Source: an uncultured Shimia sp.
GTDB taxonomy: Bacteria > Pseudomonadota > Alphaproteobacteria > Rhodobacterales > Rhodobacteraceae
Direction: 5' to 3'
Length of the DNA: 51,925 nucleotides
NCBI GenBank assembly: GCA_937881735.1
Contig: CALGEH010000220.1
Coordinates: 1-51,925, forward strand
Shown here: positions 19,062 to 28,726 of the stretch, one piece after another
Numbering within the stretch: the first letter of the stretch is position 1
Layout of the letters: each line of letters opens with the position of its first letter
Notes under the pieces: model-generated
Databases searched by the model: none
What the model was told of the DNA's origin: nothing
What the model saw: the letters and a program-made list of their open reading frames with translations, nothing else
Position numbers and translations under genes: made by a program

Positions 19062-19757
19062 TTATGCCGCCGCGGGGTCACCAGGCCAGTGGGTGCTTTG
19101 CAGGTCCAGCCGGTAGCGGCCAAGCTCAGGGCCGTGGCTGAGTGCCAATGCGCGCCAGCGGCGGAAGGAAGGCTCGGCCAGATGGGCGTCCACATAGGCC
19201 TGTGCGCTGGGCGAGACGTGCAGCTGATATCCGGCGATGCGGGCCGCCACGGGCGCATACATCGCGTCCACGATGCCATAGTCGCCGCAGAGCCACGGGC
19301 CGCTGGCACCGCAGGTGTCGCGGGCATGGTCCCAAAGCCTCTCGATCCGGCGCAGGTCCGCTGTGACCGCATCAGACGCCGCGAAATTTGTATAGCATTT
19401 GCGCAGGTTCATCGGGCAGGCCCCGCGCAGTGCCATGAAGCCTGCATGCATCTCGAACGCCAGCGCGCGTGCGGTAGCGCGGGCCTGAGGGGCTGCGGGC
19501 CAGAGGGGCAGCTCCGGATGCCGCGAGGCCAGTTCTTCGGCGATGGCCAGAGATTCGCCCATGAAGGTGCCGTCCGGTGTTCGGATCGCGGGCACGGTGC
19601 GGGCGGGGGCGATTTGCGGCAGAAGGTCGGGCACCGATCCGTCATCAAAACAGATCGTATGCAGATTATGAGGAATGGAGAAGCGGTCAAAAAGGAGCCA
19701 CGGCCGCATCGACCAAGTGGAGTAGGTGTAATCACCGATGAAGAGATCATATGTCAT
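19062..19757 (-). CDS. Glutathione S-transferase family protein
   Basis: YSTWSMRPWL, TVP, ESLAIAEEL, EMHAGF, DAMYAPV. Confidence 0.9.
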   Translation of the reverse strand: MTYDLFIGDYTYSTWSMRPWLLFDRFSIPHNLHTICFDDGSVPDLLPQIAPARTVPAIRTPDGTFMGESLAIAEELASRHPELPLWPAAPQARATARALAFEMHAGFMALRGACPMNLRKCYTNFAASDAVTADLRRIERLWDHARDTCGASGPWLCGDYGIVDAMYAPVAARIAGYQLHVSPSAQAYVDAHLAEPSFRRWRALALSHGPELGRYRLDLQSTHWPGDPAAA

Positions 19758-19815
19758 GGGTTCAGCCTAGCTGTGCGCAGGTGATGCGCAAAACGCTGAT
19801 TTGTGCGCGGGGTCA

Positions 19816-20388
19816 TCACGGAACCTGATTGATCCGCTCGGCGTGCCAGTGTCCGGCCTCATGGCGCAGGGTCGTGACCGACAAGTTGTCTATTTTATGG
19901 GCAAAGGCCTCATAGGCGGTCAGGCCGAGCGCGCGCTGCACTTGCGTCAGGATCGCGCCAAAATGGGCGACGATGATGATCTCACGGCCCGGATGGGTGG
20001 TGATCAGCCGCTCGGTCGCATCCGTCACACGGGCGTGGATGTCGTTCCAGCTTTCGCCGCCGGGGGCGCTCAGATCGCCGGGCTGTTCCCAAAAACGGCG
20101 CAGTCGGTCAGGCTCTACCTTGGTATCGAACGTCTCAAGTTCCCACGCGCCGAAATGCAGCTCCCGCAGGCTTGCGTCATGGGGCAGGCGGGTGCGCTGT
20201 CCCGCGATGGCGTCGGCTGTGGCCACGGCGCGGCTGAGGTCCGAGGACACCACCAGTGCCTCTTCGGGCAGGAGCGCTTGGAGCCGGGCGATCTGTGCCC
20301 GGTCGCTGAGATCGGCGGGCAGATCGGACCACCCGACCATGGATTTGGCATGGGTCGGGCCGTGGCGGACCCATGTGATACGGCTCAT
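19816..20388 (-). CDS. Histidine phosphatase family (alpha-ribazole phosphatase CobC-like)
   Basis: RHG motif, SSDLSRA, LRELHFGAWE, PGGES, AHFG; coupled to cobU. Confidence 0.82.
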   Translation of the reverse strand: MSRITWVRHGPTHAKSMVGWSDLPADLSDRAQIARLQALLPEEALVVSSDLSRAVATADAIAGQRTRLPHDASLRELHFGAWELETFDTKVEPDRLRRFWEQPGDLSAPGGESWNDIHARVTDATERLITTHPGREIIIVAHFGAILTQVQRALGLTAYEAFAHKIDNLSVTTLRHEAGHWHAERINQVP

Positions 20389-20906
20389 GGGAGGGTGCCT
20401 TTAAGCAGCTGCGGCAGGCCCGCAATGACCTGCACCACCAGAGCGGCCTCCGCCGCGAGGCGTTGGTTGAGCGCGCCTTGGGCGTTTTGAAACCGGCGGG
20501 CGAGCTTGTTGTCCGGCACGACCGAGAGGCCCACCTCGTTTGAGACCACCACCACCGGCGCCGCGCAGGCCCTGAGCGCGGCCATAAGCGCCTCTTCGGC
20601 CTGCGTCAGATCATGTTCGGCCAGCATATGATTGCTAAGCCAAAGCGTCGCGCAATCGAGCAAGACGACGTCCTCCGGGGCGGCGGCAGCAAGGGCGGGC
20701 GCAAGATCAAGCGGGGCCTCATGGGTGCGCCACCTATCACCGCGCTGCACCAGATGCGCGGCAACCTTGGCGCGCATTTCATCGTCGAAGGCTTGTGCGG
20801 TGGCTATATAGTGCCTAGGTCGAGAGGTGCGCATGGCGAGATTTTCGGCGAATGCGGATTTGCCGGAGGCCGCGCCCCCTAGAACCAAACTCAGCCGAGG
20901 CAACAT
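20385..20906 (-). CDS. cobU: Adenosylcobinamide kinase/adenosylcobinamide-phosphate guanylyltransferase
   Basis: GGAASGKS, YIATA, LLDCATLW, VSNEVG. Confidence 0.95.
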   Translation of the reverse strand: MLPRLSLVLGGAASGKSAFAENLAMRTSRPRHYIATAQAFDDEMRAKVAAHLVQRGDRWRTHEAPLDLAPALAAAAPEDVVLLDCATLWLSNHMLAEHDLTQAEEALMAALRACAAPVVVVSNEVGLSVVPDNKLARRFQNAQGALNQRLAAEAALVVQVIAGLPQLLKGTLP

Positions 20907-20922
20907 TTTTTACCCTCCTTAG

Positions 20923-20951
20923 TGATCCGCTTCGTTAGTCGTTTCGTAACA
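20923..20951 (+). promoter_or_regulatory. SigmaE (RpoE)-type promoter of rpoH2
   Basis: TGATCC-N18-TAACA with CG immediately before the -10 element; resembles the Rhodobacter sigmaE consensus TGATCC-N18-TAAGA, and rpoHII is an established sigmaE target. Confidence 0.6.
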
Positions 20952-21006
20952 CTTGATAAGACGACAAAAAAGGTCGCTATGTGCGGCCACAATCTGGGGA
21001 ATTGCT

Positions 21007-21885
21007 ATGCCTGTCGATACGCAACAATCTAGCTCGATGTCACGAAAGGCCATGAAGGCCGAACTTCTCGATGCGGAAACGGAACTCAAGCTGGCCTATG
21101 CTTGGCGCGATCATCGCGACGAAGAGGCGCTTCACCGGTTGATCACGGCCTATATGCGGCTGGCGATTTCCATGGCATCGAAATTCCGCCGCTACGGCGC
21201 ACCGATGAATGATCTGATCCAGGAGGCGGGTCTGGGCCTGATGAAGGCCGCGGACAAGTTTGACCCCGATCGCGGCGTGCGGTTTTCGACCTATGCGGTG
21301 TGGTGGATCAAGGCGAGCGTGCAGGATTACGTTATGCGCAACTGGTCTATGGTGCGCACAGGCTCCACGTCATCGCAGAAGTCGCTCTTTTTCAACATGC
21401 GCCGGGTCCAGGCACGTCTTGAGCGTGAGGCGATGGCGCAGGGCCAGGAACTTGACCGGCACCAACTGCGCGAGATGATTGCGACCGAAGTGGGCGTTCC
21501 CTTGCGTGATGTGGAGATGATGGAAGGGCGGCTTTCGGGCTCGGATTTCTCGCTCAACGCAACGCAAAGCTCCGAGGATGAGGGGCGCGAGTGGATTGAT
21601 GCGCTGGAAGATGACGGCCCGCGCGGCGACGAGATTGTCGAGCAGGGGCATGATCAAGAGGCGCTTCGCGGCTGGCTCGCCGATGCGATGGGCAAGCTCA
21701 ACGAGCGCGAAAGGTTCATCGTGCGCGAGCGCAAGCTACGCGACGATCCCCGCACGCTTGAGAGCCTCGGCAATCAGCTGAGCCTGTCAAAGGAGCGCGT
21801 GCGCCAGCTTGAGGCGGCGGCGTTTCAGAAGATGCGCAAATCGCTGGAGGCCAAAGGGTCCGAGGTTCATAACCTGCTGGCATGA
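21007..21885 (+). CDS. rpoH2: RNA polymerase sigma-32 family factor RpoHII
   Basis: DLIQEAGLGLMKAADKFDP, RFSTYAVWWI, RpoH-box variant SQKSLFFNMRR, SKERVRQLE. Confidence 0.9.
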   Translation: MPVDTQQSSSMSRKAMKAELLDAETELKLAYAWRDHRDEEALHRLITAYMRLAISMASKFRRYGAPMNDLIQEAGLGLMKAADKFDPDRGVRFSTYAVWWIKASVQDYVMRNWSMVRTGSTSSQKSLFFNMRRVQARLEREAMAQGQELDRHQLREMIATEVGVPLRDVEMMEGRLSGSDFSLNATQSSEDEGREWIDALEDDGPRGDEIVEQGHDQEALRGWLADAMGKLNERERFIVRERKLRDDPRTLESLGNQLSLSKERVRQLEAAAFQKMRKSLEAKGSEVHNLLA

Positions 21886-22682
21886 GAGTTGTGGTGGCCC
21901 TGATCGCGGCGCTTTGCGCGCCGCTTGGGGCCGCCGCGCAGATGGCAGACGCAGCATCGCTTGCGGCGGGGGCTGATGTGGTGATTCTGGGCGAGGCGCA
22001 TGACAACCCGGACCACCACGCGACACAGGCGGCCTTTGTAGCCGAGATTGCGCCGACAGCCGTTGTTTTCGAAATGCTGGATGCGGCGCAGGTGGAGGCC
22101 ATATCCCCCGCGTCTTTGACTGATGAAGCCGCATTGGAAGCGGCATTGGGCTGGGACGCATCGGGCTGGCCCGATTTCTCCATGTATTATCCGATATTTG
22201 AAGCGGCGGGGGATGCGGCGTTCTACGGCGCGGCCGTTCCGCGTGCCGAGGCGCGGGCGTCGATGAGCGCGGGAGTTGTCGACGCATTTGGGCCGGAAGC
22301 CGGGCGTTTCGGGCTGGACACGCCGTTGCCCGCGCCACAGCAGGCAGCCCGCGAGGCGATGCAGATGGCGGCGCATTGTGACGCGATGCCGGAGGGGATG
22401 TTGCCCGCGATGGTCGATATCCAACGCCTGCGCGATGCGCGGCTGGCCCAAGTGGCGCTCACGGCGCTGCGTGAGACGGGCGGGCCGGTGGTGGTGATCA
22501 CCGGCAATGGCCATGCGCGCGCAGATTGGGGTGTGCCAGTCTATATCACGCAGGCGGCACCAGAGGTGTCGGTGTTCACCTTGGGTCAGGGCGAGGACGG
22601 GCGGCGGCCGCCGGGCGCGTTTGACGTGGTCCTCAATGCACCCGCCCCGGAACGCCCCGACCCGTGTCTGGCGTTCCAATAG
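21882..22682 (+). CDS. ChaN/PhuW-family (EreA-like fold) exported protein
   Basis: Signal peptide, VILGEAHDNPDHH, FEML, QRLRDARLA, ITGNGHAR. Confidence 0.8.
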   Translation: MRVVVALIAALCAPLGAAAQMADAASLAAGADVVILGEAHDNPDHHATQAAFVAEIAPTAVVFEMLDAAQVEAISPASLTDEAALEAALGWDASGWPDFSMYYPIFEAAGDAAFYGAAVPRAEARASMSAGVVDAFGPEAGRFGLDTPLPAPQQAAREAMQMAAHCDAMPEGMLPAMVDIQRLRDARLAQVALTALRETGGPVVVITGNGHARADWGVPVYITQAAPEVSVFTLGQGEDGRRPPGAFDVVLNAPAPERPDPCLAFQ

Positions 22683-22761
22683 GACGCGGATGCCGCTCGG
22701 CCCTTGCGGGCCTCCTCGCGCGGGCCTAGGCTCTTTCGGGTCTTGGGTAGGAGCCTTTTTC

Positions 22762-23955
22762 ATGCTGGCCTCGAAATCTGTCTTGCTGATCATCGGCGGC
22801 GGTATCGCCGCGTTCAAATCGCTCGACCTCATCCGGCGCCTGCGTGAGCGGGGGGTCGAGGTCACGCCCGTTCTGACACGCGCGGGCGCGGAGTTCGTCA
22901 CGCCATTGTCGGTGTCGGCACTGGCTGGGCGCAAGGTGTTTCAGGACCTCTTTGACCTGACTGACGAGGCGGAGATGGGGCATATCGAGCTCTCGCGCAG
23001 TGCCGATCTGATTGTGGTTGCCCCCGCTACCGCTGATCTCATGGCGAAGATGGCGCAGGGCCATGCGAATGATCTGGCCTCCACCCTTTTGCTGGCCACC
23101 GATACGCCGGTGATGATCGCGCCTGCGATGAATGTGCGGATGTGGGAGCATCCCGCGACACAGCGCAATCTGGAGATTTTGCGCGGCGATGGGATCACAG
23201 TTCTTGGCCCGAATGAGGGTGGGATGGCCTGCGGTGAATATGGCCCCGGGCGGATGTCTGAGCCGATGGAGATCGTTGCGGGCATCGAAGCCGCGCTGAC
23301 CTCCGGTCCGCTGGCGGGCAAGCGGGTGCTCGTGACCTCCGGGCCAACGCATGAGCCGATTGATCCGGTGCGCTACATCGCCAATCGCTCCTCGGGCGCG
23401 CAGGGAACCGCGATTGCGCGAGCCTTGGCGGCGCTGGGCGCGGATGTGGTGTTTGTCACCGGGCCTGCGGATGTGCCGCCCCCGGGCGGTGTCGAAGTGA
23501 TCCGCGTCGAGACGGCGCTGGAGATGAAAGCGGCGGTGGAGGCGGCCTTGCCCGCCGATGCGGCCGTTTTCGCGGCGGCTGTGGCGGATTGGCGGGTGGC
23601 CTCGGCCTCGGCCGGTAAGATCAAGAAAACGGGCGGCGCGCTGCCGCAAATGGAGTTTGCCGAGAACCCCGATATCCTCGCAACCGTCGCGCAGATGGGC
23701 ACGGGGCGGCCCAAGCTGGTCGTGGGCTTTGCCGCCGAAACCGATGACGTGATCGTCCATGCTACGGCCAAGCGGGTGCGCAAGGGATGCGACTGGATTT
23801 TGGCCAATGATGTGAGCGTAGGCACCGGGATCATGGGCGGCGCGGAAAATGACATTACATTCATCCACGAGGGCGGGGCCGAGGATTGGCCGCGCATGGC
23901 AAAAGACGCGGTGGCACGCAAGCTCGCGGAGCGGATCGCGGTGGCGCTGACCTGA
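22762..23955 (+). CDS. coaBC: Phosphopantothenoylcysteine decarboxylase/ligase
   Basis: GGIAAFK, HIELSR, PAMN, MACGEYGPGRM, TSGPTHEPIDPVRYIANRSSG, GFAAET. Confidence 0.96.
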   Translation: MLASKSVLLIIGGGIAAFKSLDLIRRLRERGVEVTPVLTRAGAEFVTPLSVSALAGRKVFQDLFDLTDEAEMGHIELSRSADLIVVAPATADLMAKMAQGHANDLASTLLLATDTPVMIAPAMNVRMWEHPATQRNLEILRGDGITVLGPNEGGMACGEYGPGRMSEPMEIVAGIEAALTSGPLAGKRVLVTSGPTHEPIDPVRYIANRSSGAQGTAIARALAALGADVVFVTGPADVPPPGGVEVIRVETALEMKAAVEAALPADAAVFAAAVADWRVASASAGKIKKTGGALPQMEFAENPDILATVAQMGTGRPKLVVGFAAETDDVIVHATAKRVRKGCDWILANDVSVGTGIMGGAENDITFIHEGGAEDWPRMAKDAVARKLAERIAVALT

Positions 23956-23994
23956 GGCAACTTGGAAATTTGGACCAGAAAGAGGGCCTGACGC

Positions 23995-24450
23995 ATGGTC
24001 ACGATATCAGTGATGTGGGACACGGGCGCAGATACGTCCTTCGGGCTTCCGTCCTACGCAAGCGTGGGTGCGGCGGGCGCGGATTTGCGCGCGAATTTCG
24101 CGGATCGTGGCGGGGTTGTTATCGCACCCGGTGCGCGTGTCTTGGTGCCTTTGGGCCTGCGTGCGGCGCTGCCATCGGGGTATGAAATGCAGATCAGGCC
24201 GCGTTCGGGCTTGGCGCTGAAGCATGGCGTGACGTTACTCAACACACCTGGCACGGTGGATAGCGATTATCGCGGGCCGATTGGTGTGATCGTTGTCAAT
24301 CTGGGCGATGAAGCGTTTGAGGTGAGCCACGGAATGCGCATCGCACAGGCCGTGGTTGCACCGGTCGCTCAGGCGGTTTTCGTGAGCGCGCAGGAACTGA
24401 ACGAGACCGGGCGCGGAACGGGGGGCTTCGGCTCCACGGGGGTAGGCTGA
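23995..24450 (+). CDS. dut: dUTP diphosphatase
   Basis: [34 protein letters not shown]. Confidence 0.97.
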   Translation: MVTISVMWDTGADTSFGLPSYASVGAAGADLRANFADRGGVVIAPGARVLVPLGLRAALPSGYEMQIRPRSGLALKHGVTLLNTPGTVDSDYRGPIGVIVVNLGDEAFEVSHGMRIAQAVVAPVAQAVFVSAQELNETGRGTGGFGSTGVG

Positions 24451-25505
24451 TGGTGTTTGTCTTTCTCATGGCGGGCGCGATGTGGGTGTTGGGCGCACTG
24501 CTTGGTGCGCCGTATCGGCTGCGCTGGTTGATGATCGGGCTTTTGTGGGCCGGTGTCGTGCTGGTGCATGTCGCCCTGCCCGAGGGCGCACCCTTGCGGC
24601 TCGCCACCGGGGGGAGTGCTGCACCGTGGCTTTTGTTTGGGGGCTTCGCCATGCTGGCCGCGCTCTACGGGCAGGGGGTGAAGCGCCTGCGCGGACGGGC
24701 CACCAAGAGCGAGGTGCCTGAGCAGACAGGCAGCTTTTCGGAGACAGAACTGGAGCGCTATGCGCGCCACATCGTGCTGCATGATGTGGGCGGGCCGGGG
24801 CAGAAGGCGTTGAAAAATGCGCGTGTTCTGGTGGTCGGTGCCGGGGGGCTTGGTGCACCCGCGCTGATCTATCTGGGCGCGGCTGGGGTTGGCACGATTG
24901 GCGTGATCGACGATGATGTGGTGGACCTGTCGAACCTTCAGCGGCAGGTGATCCACCGCGACGAGGATATCGGAATACCCAAAGTACATTCGGCGGCGGC
25001 AGCGGTCGTGGCGCAAAACCCGCATGTGGTGGTGCGCCCGTATCAGCGGCGGCTGACCGAAGAGATCGCGGTGGAGCTTTTTGCCGACTACGACATCATC
25101 CTTGATGGGTCGGATAATTTCGAGACCCGCTATCTGGTGAACCGCGCCGCCGTGGAGGCGGGCAAGCCCTTGATTTCGGGCGCTTTGGCGCAGTGGGAGG
25201 GGCAGATCAGCGTATTCGATCCGGCCCATGGCGCGCCCTGCTACCAGTGTATTTTTCCCCAAGCGCACGAGCCAGGGCTGGCCCCGTCCTGCGCTGAGGC
25301 GGGCGTCATGGGGCCGCTTCCGGGCGTGATCGGTGCGATGATGGCCGGGGAGGCGATCAAACTGATTACTGGCGCGGGCGTGCCTTTGCGCGGTGCGATG
25401 CTGATTTACGATTCGCTTTATGCCGAGGCGCGGCGGATCAAACTGAAACCGGCGCCTGATTGCCCCGTCTGCGCCGATGCGCAGCGTGGCGCGGATGCAG
25501 CCTGA
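24450..25505 (+). CDS. moeB: MoeB/ThiF/HesA adenylyltransferase with an N-terminal transmembrane extension
   Basis: RYARHI, VVGAGGLG, SNLQRQ, PCYQC, SCAEAGV, CPVC; first ~80 aa hydrophobic. Confidence 0.82.
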   Translation: MVFVFLMAGAMWVLGALLGAPYRLRWLMIGLLWAGVVLVHVALPEGAPLRLATGGSAAPWLLFGGFAMLAALYGQGVKRLRGRATKSEVPEQTGSFSETELERYARHIVLHDVGGPGQKALKNARVLVVGAGGLGAPALIYLGAAGVGTIGVIDDDVVDLSNLQRQVIHRDEDIGIPKVHSAAAAVVAQNPHVVVRPYQRRLTEEIAVELFADYDIILDGSDNFETRYLVNRAAVEAGKPLISGALAQWEGQISVFDPAHGAPCYQCIFPQAHEPGLAPSCAEAGVMGPLPGVIGAMMAGEAIKLITGAGVPLRGAMLIYDSLYAEARRIKLKPAPDCPVCADAQRGADAA

Positions 25506-25517
25506 GAAGGATATGAC

Positions 25518-27530
25518 ATGACGAACCCCCTGCTTGCCGAGTGGACCACACCCTTTGCCCTCGCCCCCTTTGCCGAGGTTGAGGACGCGCATTTCGCGCC
25601 CGCGTTTGAGGAGGCTTTGGCGCAAGCCCGCGCGGAGATTTTGGCCATCGCCGAGAGCACTGAGCCCCCCACTTTCGCCAACACGATCGAGGCTTTGGAG
25701 GCCGCAGGCGGCGCGCTCGACAAGGTGCTGAGCGTGTTTTTCACGCTGGCGGGGGCCGGCAGCACGGCCGCGCGGCAGGAATTGCAGCGCGCCTTTGCGC
25801 CAAAACTCGCCGCGCATTCGTCGTGGGTCTACGGGCTGAAGGGGCTTTTCGCGCGGATCGAGGCGCTTTGGGAGGCACGTGAGACGCTGGGTCTGAGCGA
25901 AGAACAGGCGCGGGTCTTGATGCTCTCGCATCGGGCTTTTCGCCGGGCGGGGGCTGCCCTTACCGGGGCGGAGGAGGTGCGTATGCGCGAGATCATGGCG
26001 CGGCTGGCGGAACTTGGGACCTCCTTCATGCAGAACCTTCTGGCGGACGAGTCGGGGTGGCATATGGCGCTGGAGGAGGGCGATCTGGAGGGACTGCCCG
26101 GTTTCGTCGTGGCCTCCGCGCGGGCGGCGGGCGCGGAGCTTGGGGCGACAGGCCCGGTCGTGACCCTCTCGCGTTCGCTCATCGTGCCCTTTTTGCAGTT
26201 CTCCCCGCGTCGCGACCTGCGCAAAAAGGCGTTCGAGGCGTGGGGCGCGCGTGGCGCAATGGGGGGCGACACGGATAACCGCGCGATTGCGACCGAGACG
26301 CTTGCCCTGCGCGCCGAACGCGCCGCCCTTCTGGGCTATGACAGCTTCGCCGCGTTCAAGCTGGAGACGGAGATGGCCAAGACGCCAGACGCCGTGCGCG
26401 ACCTCCTGATGCAGGTCTGGGAGCCCGCAAAAGCACAGGCCGATCGTGATGCAGCTACGCTCACCGCCATGCTGCGCGCGGATGGGATTAACGACGATCT
26501 CGCCCCGTGGGATTGGCGCTATTACGCGGAGAAACGGCGGCAGGCCGAGCATGATCTGGATGAGGCTGAGCTGAAGCCCTACCTGCAACTGGACCGGATG
26601 ATCGAGGCGAGTTTTGCCTGCGCAAACCGCCTTTTCGGATTGGAGTTCAAACCGCTCGACGTGCCGCTCTACCATCCCGACTGCCGGGCGTGGGAGGTGA
26701 CGCGGGGCGGCGCGCATGTGGCGGTCTTCATCGGCGACTATTTCGCGCGGGCCTCAAAACGCTCCGGCGCGTGGTGCTCGGCCATGCGCGGTCAGGCGAA
26801 ATTTCCCAAGGTGCAGGGGCCTGTGGTCATCAACGTGTGCAATTTCGCCAAGGGCGATCCCGCGCTTCTGAGCTATGATGACGCGCGAACGCTTTTCCAC
26901 GAATTCGGTCACGCGCTGCACCAGATGCTCTCGGATGTGACCTATGAAAGCGTGAGCGGCACGTCTGTGGCACGTGATTTTGTGGAGCTACCGAGCCAGC
27001 TTTACGAGCATTGGCTGGAGGTGCCCGAGGTTCTGGCCGAATTCGCCACCCATGCCGAGACGGGCGCGGCAATGCCCGAAGCGCTCCTGCACAAGGTGCT
27101 GGGCGCCGCGACTTTTGATATGGGGTTTCAGACGGTGGAATATGTCGCCTCTGCCCTCGTCGATCTCAGCTTCCATGAGGGCGCGCCACCTGCCGATGCG
27201 GTGGCGCGACAGACCGAAATCCTGGACGGGATCGGCATGCCCGCCGCCATCACCATGCGTCACGCCACGCCGCATTTCGCGCATGTCTTTGCCGGTGACG
27301 GATATTCCTCGGGCTATTACAGCTACATGTGGTCCGAGGTGATGGACGCCGATGCGTTTGCCGCCTTTGAGGAGGCGGGCGGGCCGTTTGACGCGGAGCG
27401 GGCCCGCGCGCTGGAGGCGCATATCCTGTCGCGCGGCGGATCGGCGGATGCGGAGGCGCTTTACGTGGCGTTCCGAGGCCGCTTGCCGGGACCTGAGGCG
27501 CTTCTGAAAGGGCGCGGATTGGCCGCCTGA
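25518..27530 (+). CDS. dcp: M3 metallopeptidase (peptidyl-dipeptidase Dcp-like)
   Basis: MTNPLL, KRSGAW, FHEFGH (HEXXH), DFVELPSQ, GYSSGYYSYMWSEV. Confidence 0.9.
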   Translation: MTNPLLAEWTTPFALAPFAEVEDAHFAPAFEEALAQARAEILAIAESTEPPTFANTIEALEAAGGALDKVLSVFFTLAGAGSTAARQELQRAFAPKLAAHSSWVYGLKGLFARIEALWEARETLGLSEEQARVLMLSHRAFRRAGAALTGAEEVRMREIMARLAELGTSFMQNLLADESGWHMALEEGDLEGLPGFVVASARAAGAELGATGPVVTLSRSLIVPFLQFSPRRDLRKKAFEAWGARGAMGGDTDNRAIATETLALRAERAALLGYDSFAAFKLETEMAKTPDAVRDLLMQVWEPAKAQADRDAATLTAMLRADGINDDLAPWDWRYYAEKRRQAEHDLDEAELKPYLQLDRMIEASFACANRLFGLEFKPLDVPLYHPDCRAWEVTRGGAHVAVFIGDYFARASKRSGAWCSAMRGQAKFPKVQGPVVINVCNFAKGDPALLSYDDARTLFHEFGHALHQMLSDVTYESVSGTSVARDFVELPSQLYEHWLEVPEVLAEFATHAETGAAMPEALLHKVLGAATFDMGFQTVEYVASALVDLSFHEGAPPADAVARQTEILDGIGMPAAITMRHATPHFAHVFAGDGYSSGYYSYMWSEVMDADAFAAFEEAGGPFDAERARALEAHILSRGGSADAEALYVAFRGRLPGPEALLKGRGLAA

Positions 27531-27594
27531 TCGCGGCGCTATTGCGCGATGCTTGGGCTTGCGTCATTCTCATATGCGGAATTGGGAGGCTCTT

Positions 27595-28050
27595 ATGCGC
27601 AAATTCATGGTCGTGCTGGACGATAGCCGCGAATGCCTCAACGCGATGCGTTTTGCCGCGATGCGGGCGGCACATACCCAAGGTGGCGTCACCGTTTTGT
27701 CGGTGATCTCGCCTGAGGAGTTCAACCACTGGATCGGGGTGGGCGACATCATGCGCGAGGAAAACCGCGAGCGGATCGAGGCGCATTTCGAGGTCTTCGC
27801 CAAATGGATGCGCGACAAGCAGGGCGTCGACCCCGAGCTTGTGATCCGTGAGGGAGAGCCTGTGGCCGAGATCATTGCGCAGGTGAACGAGGACCCGGAT
27901 GTGGGCGTTTTGGTTCTGGGCGCCGCGACGGACCGCAAGGGGCCAGGGCCTTTGGTCACGCAGCTTACGAAAAATGCAGGCGCGCTGCCCATTCCGATCA
28001 CGATCGTGCCCGGCGATCTGAGCAAGGAGCGGCTGGAGGCTATCACCTGA
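27595..28050 (+). CDS. Universal stress protein
   Basis: MRKFMVVLDDS, LVLGA, GPGPLV, PITIVP; GGGAGG RBS. Confidence 0.88.
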   Translation: MRKFMVVLDDSRECLNAMRFAAMRAAHTQGGVTVLSVISPEEFNHWIGVGDIMREENRERIEAHFEVFAKWMRDKQGVDPELVIREGEPVAEIIAQVNEDPDVGVLVLGAATDRKGPGPLVTQLTKNAGALPIPITIVPGDLSKERLEAIT

Positions 28051-28085
28051 GTGGCTTGGGGCGCGTTTCCTGACAGTGCCGCAGA

Positions 28086-28104
28086 GTTTAGAATCGTTCC
28101 AAAC
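28086..28104. promoter_or_regulatory. Irr/ICE box upstream of nfuA
   Basis: GTTTAGAA-TCG-TTCCAAAC, one mismatch to TTTAGAA-N3-TTCTAAA; directly before a CTTGAC -35 element. Confidence 0.7.
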
Positions 28105-28133
28105 CTTGACTCTGCGGGCCTGCATCCGCATAT
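28105..28133 (+). promoter_or_regulatory. Sigma70/RpoH-like promoter of nfuA
   Basis: CTTGAC-N17-GCATAT, resembling the alphaproteobacterial CTTGAC-N17-CTATAT consensus. Confidence 0.5.
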
Positions 28134-28162
28134 CTTGTAACAGCTATCAGGAGCGCCATCAC

Positions 28163-28726
28163 ATGTTCATCCAGACCGAATCCACGCCAAACCCCGCCAC
28201 GCTGAAGTTTTTGCCGGGCCAGTCTGTTTTGCCGATGGGCACTGCGGATTTCCCAAGCGCCGAGGGCGCGGAAAAATCTCCGCTGGCCACACGCATTTTC
28301 GCGGTTGAGGGCGTGTCGGGTGTTTTCTTTGGCACCGATTTCGTGACCGTCACTAAGGCGGATGCGGTGGAGTGGGATCACATCAAACCCGCCATTCTGG
28401 GCGCGATCATGGAGCATTTCCAATCCGGACTGCCCGTTATGGCCGAAGGCGCGGAAGCGGCCTCGGGCCACGCGGAACACACCGGGGAGGATAGCGAGAT
28501 CGTCGGCCAGATCAAAGAACTTCTCGACACGCGTGTGCGCCCAGCCGTGGCGCAAGATGGCGGTGACATTACCTTCCACGGGTTTGAGCGCGGCGTCGTT
28601 TACCTGCATATGCAAGGCGCTTGTGCGGGCTGCCCGTCCTCGACCATCACATTGAAGATGGGTATTGAGAACCTTCTGCGCCATTACATCCCCGAGGTGA
28701 CAGAGGTGCGCCCTGTTGGCGTCTGA
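28163..28726 (+). CDS. nfuA: NifU/NfuA-family Fe-S scaffold
   Basis: MFIQTESTPNPATLKF, VRPAVAQDGGD, GACAGCPSS. Confidence 0.92.
   Translation: MFIQTESTPNPATLKFLPGQSVLPMGTADFPSAEGAEKSPLATRIFAVEGVSGVFFGTDFVTVTKADAVEWDHIKPAILGAIMEHFQSGLPVMAEGAEAASGHAEHTGEDSEIVGQIKELLDTRVRPAVAQDGGDITFHGFERGVVYLHMQGACAGCPSSTITLKMGIENLLRHYIPEVTEVRPVGV

Noticed and set aside
19816-20952. Cobalamin riboswitch upstream of cobU
   Set aside because: The intergenic region is only about 100 nt and lacks B12-box features.
24369-26717. 782-aa minus-strand ORF
   Set aside because: Antisense to moeB and dcp, with no recognisable domain.
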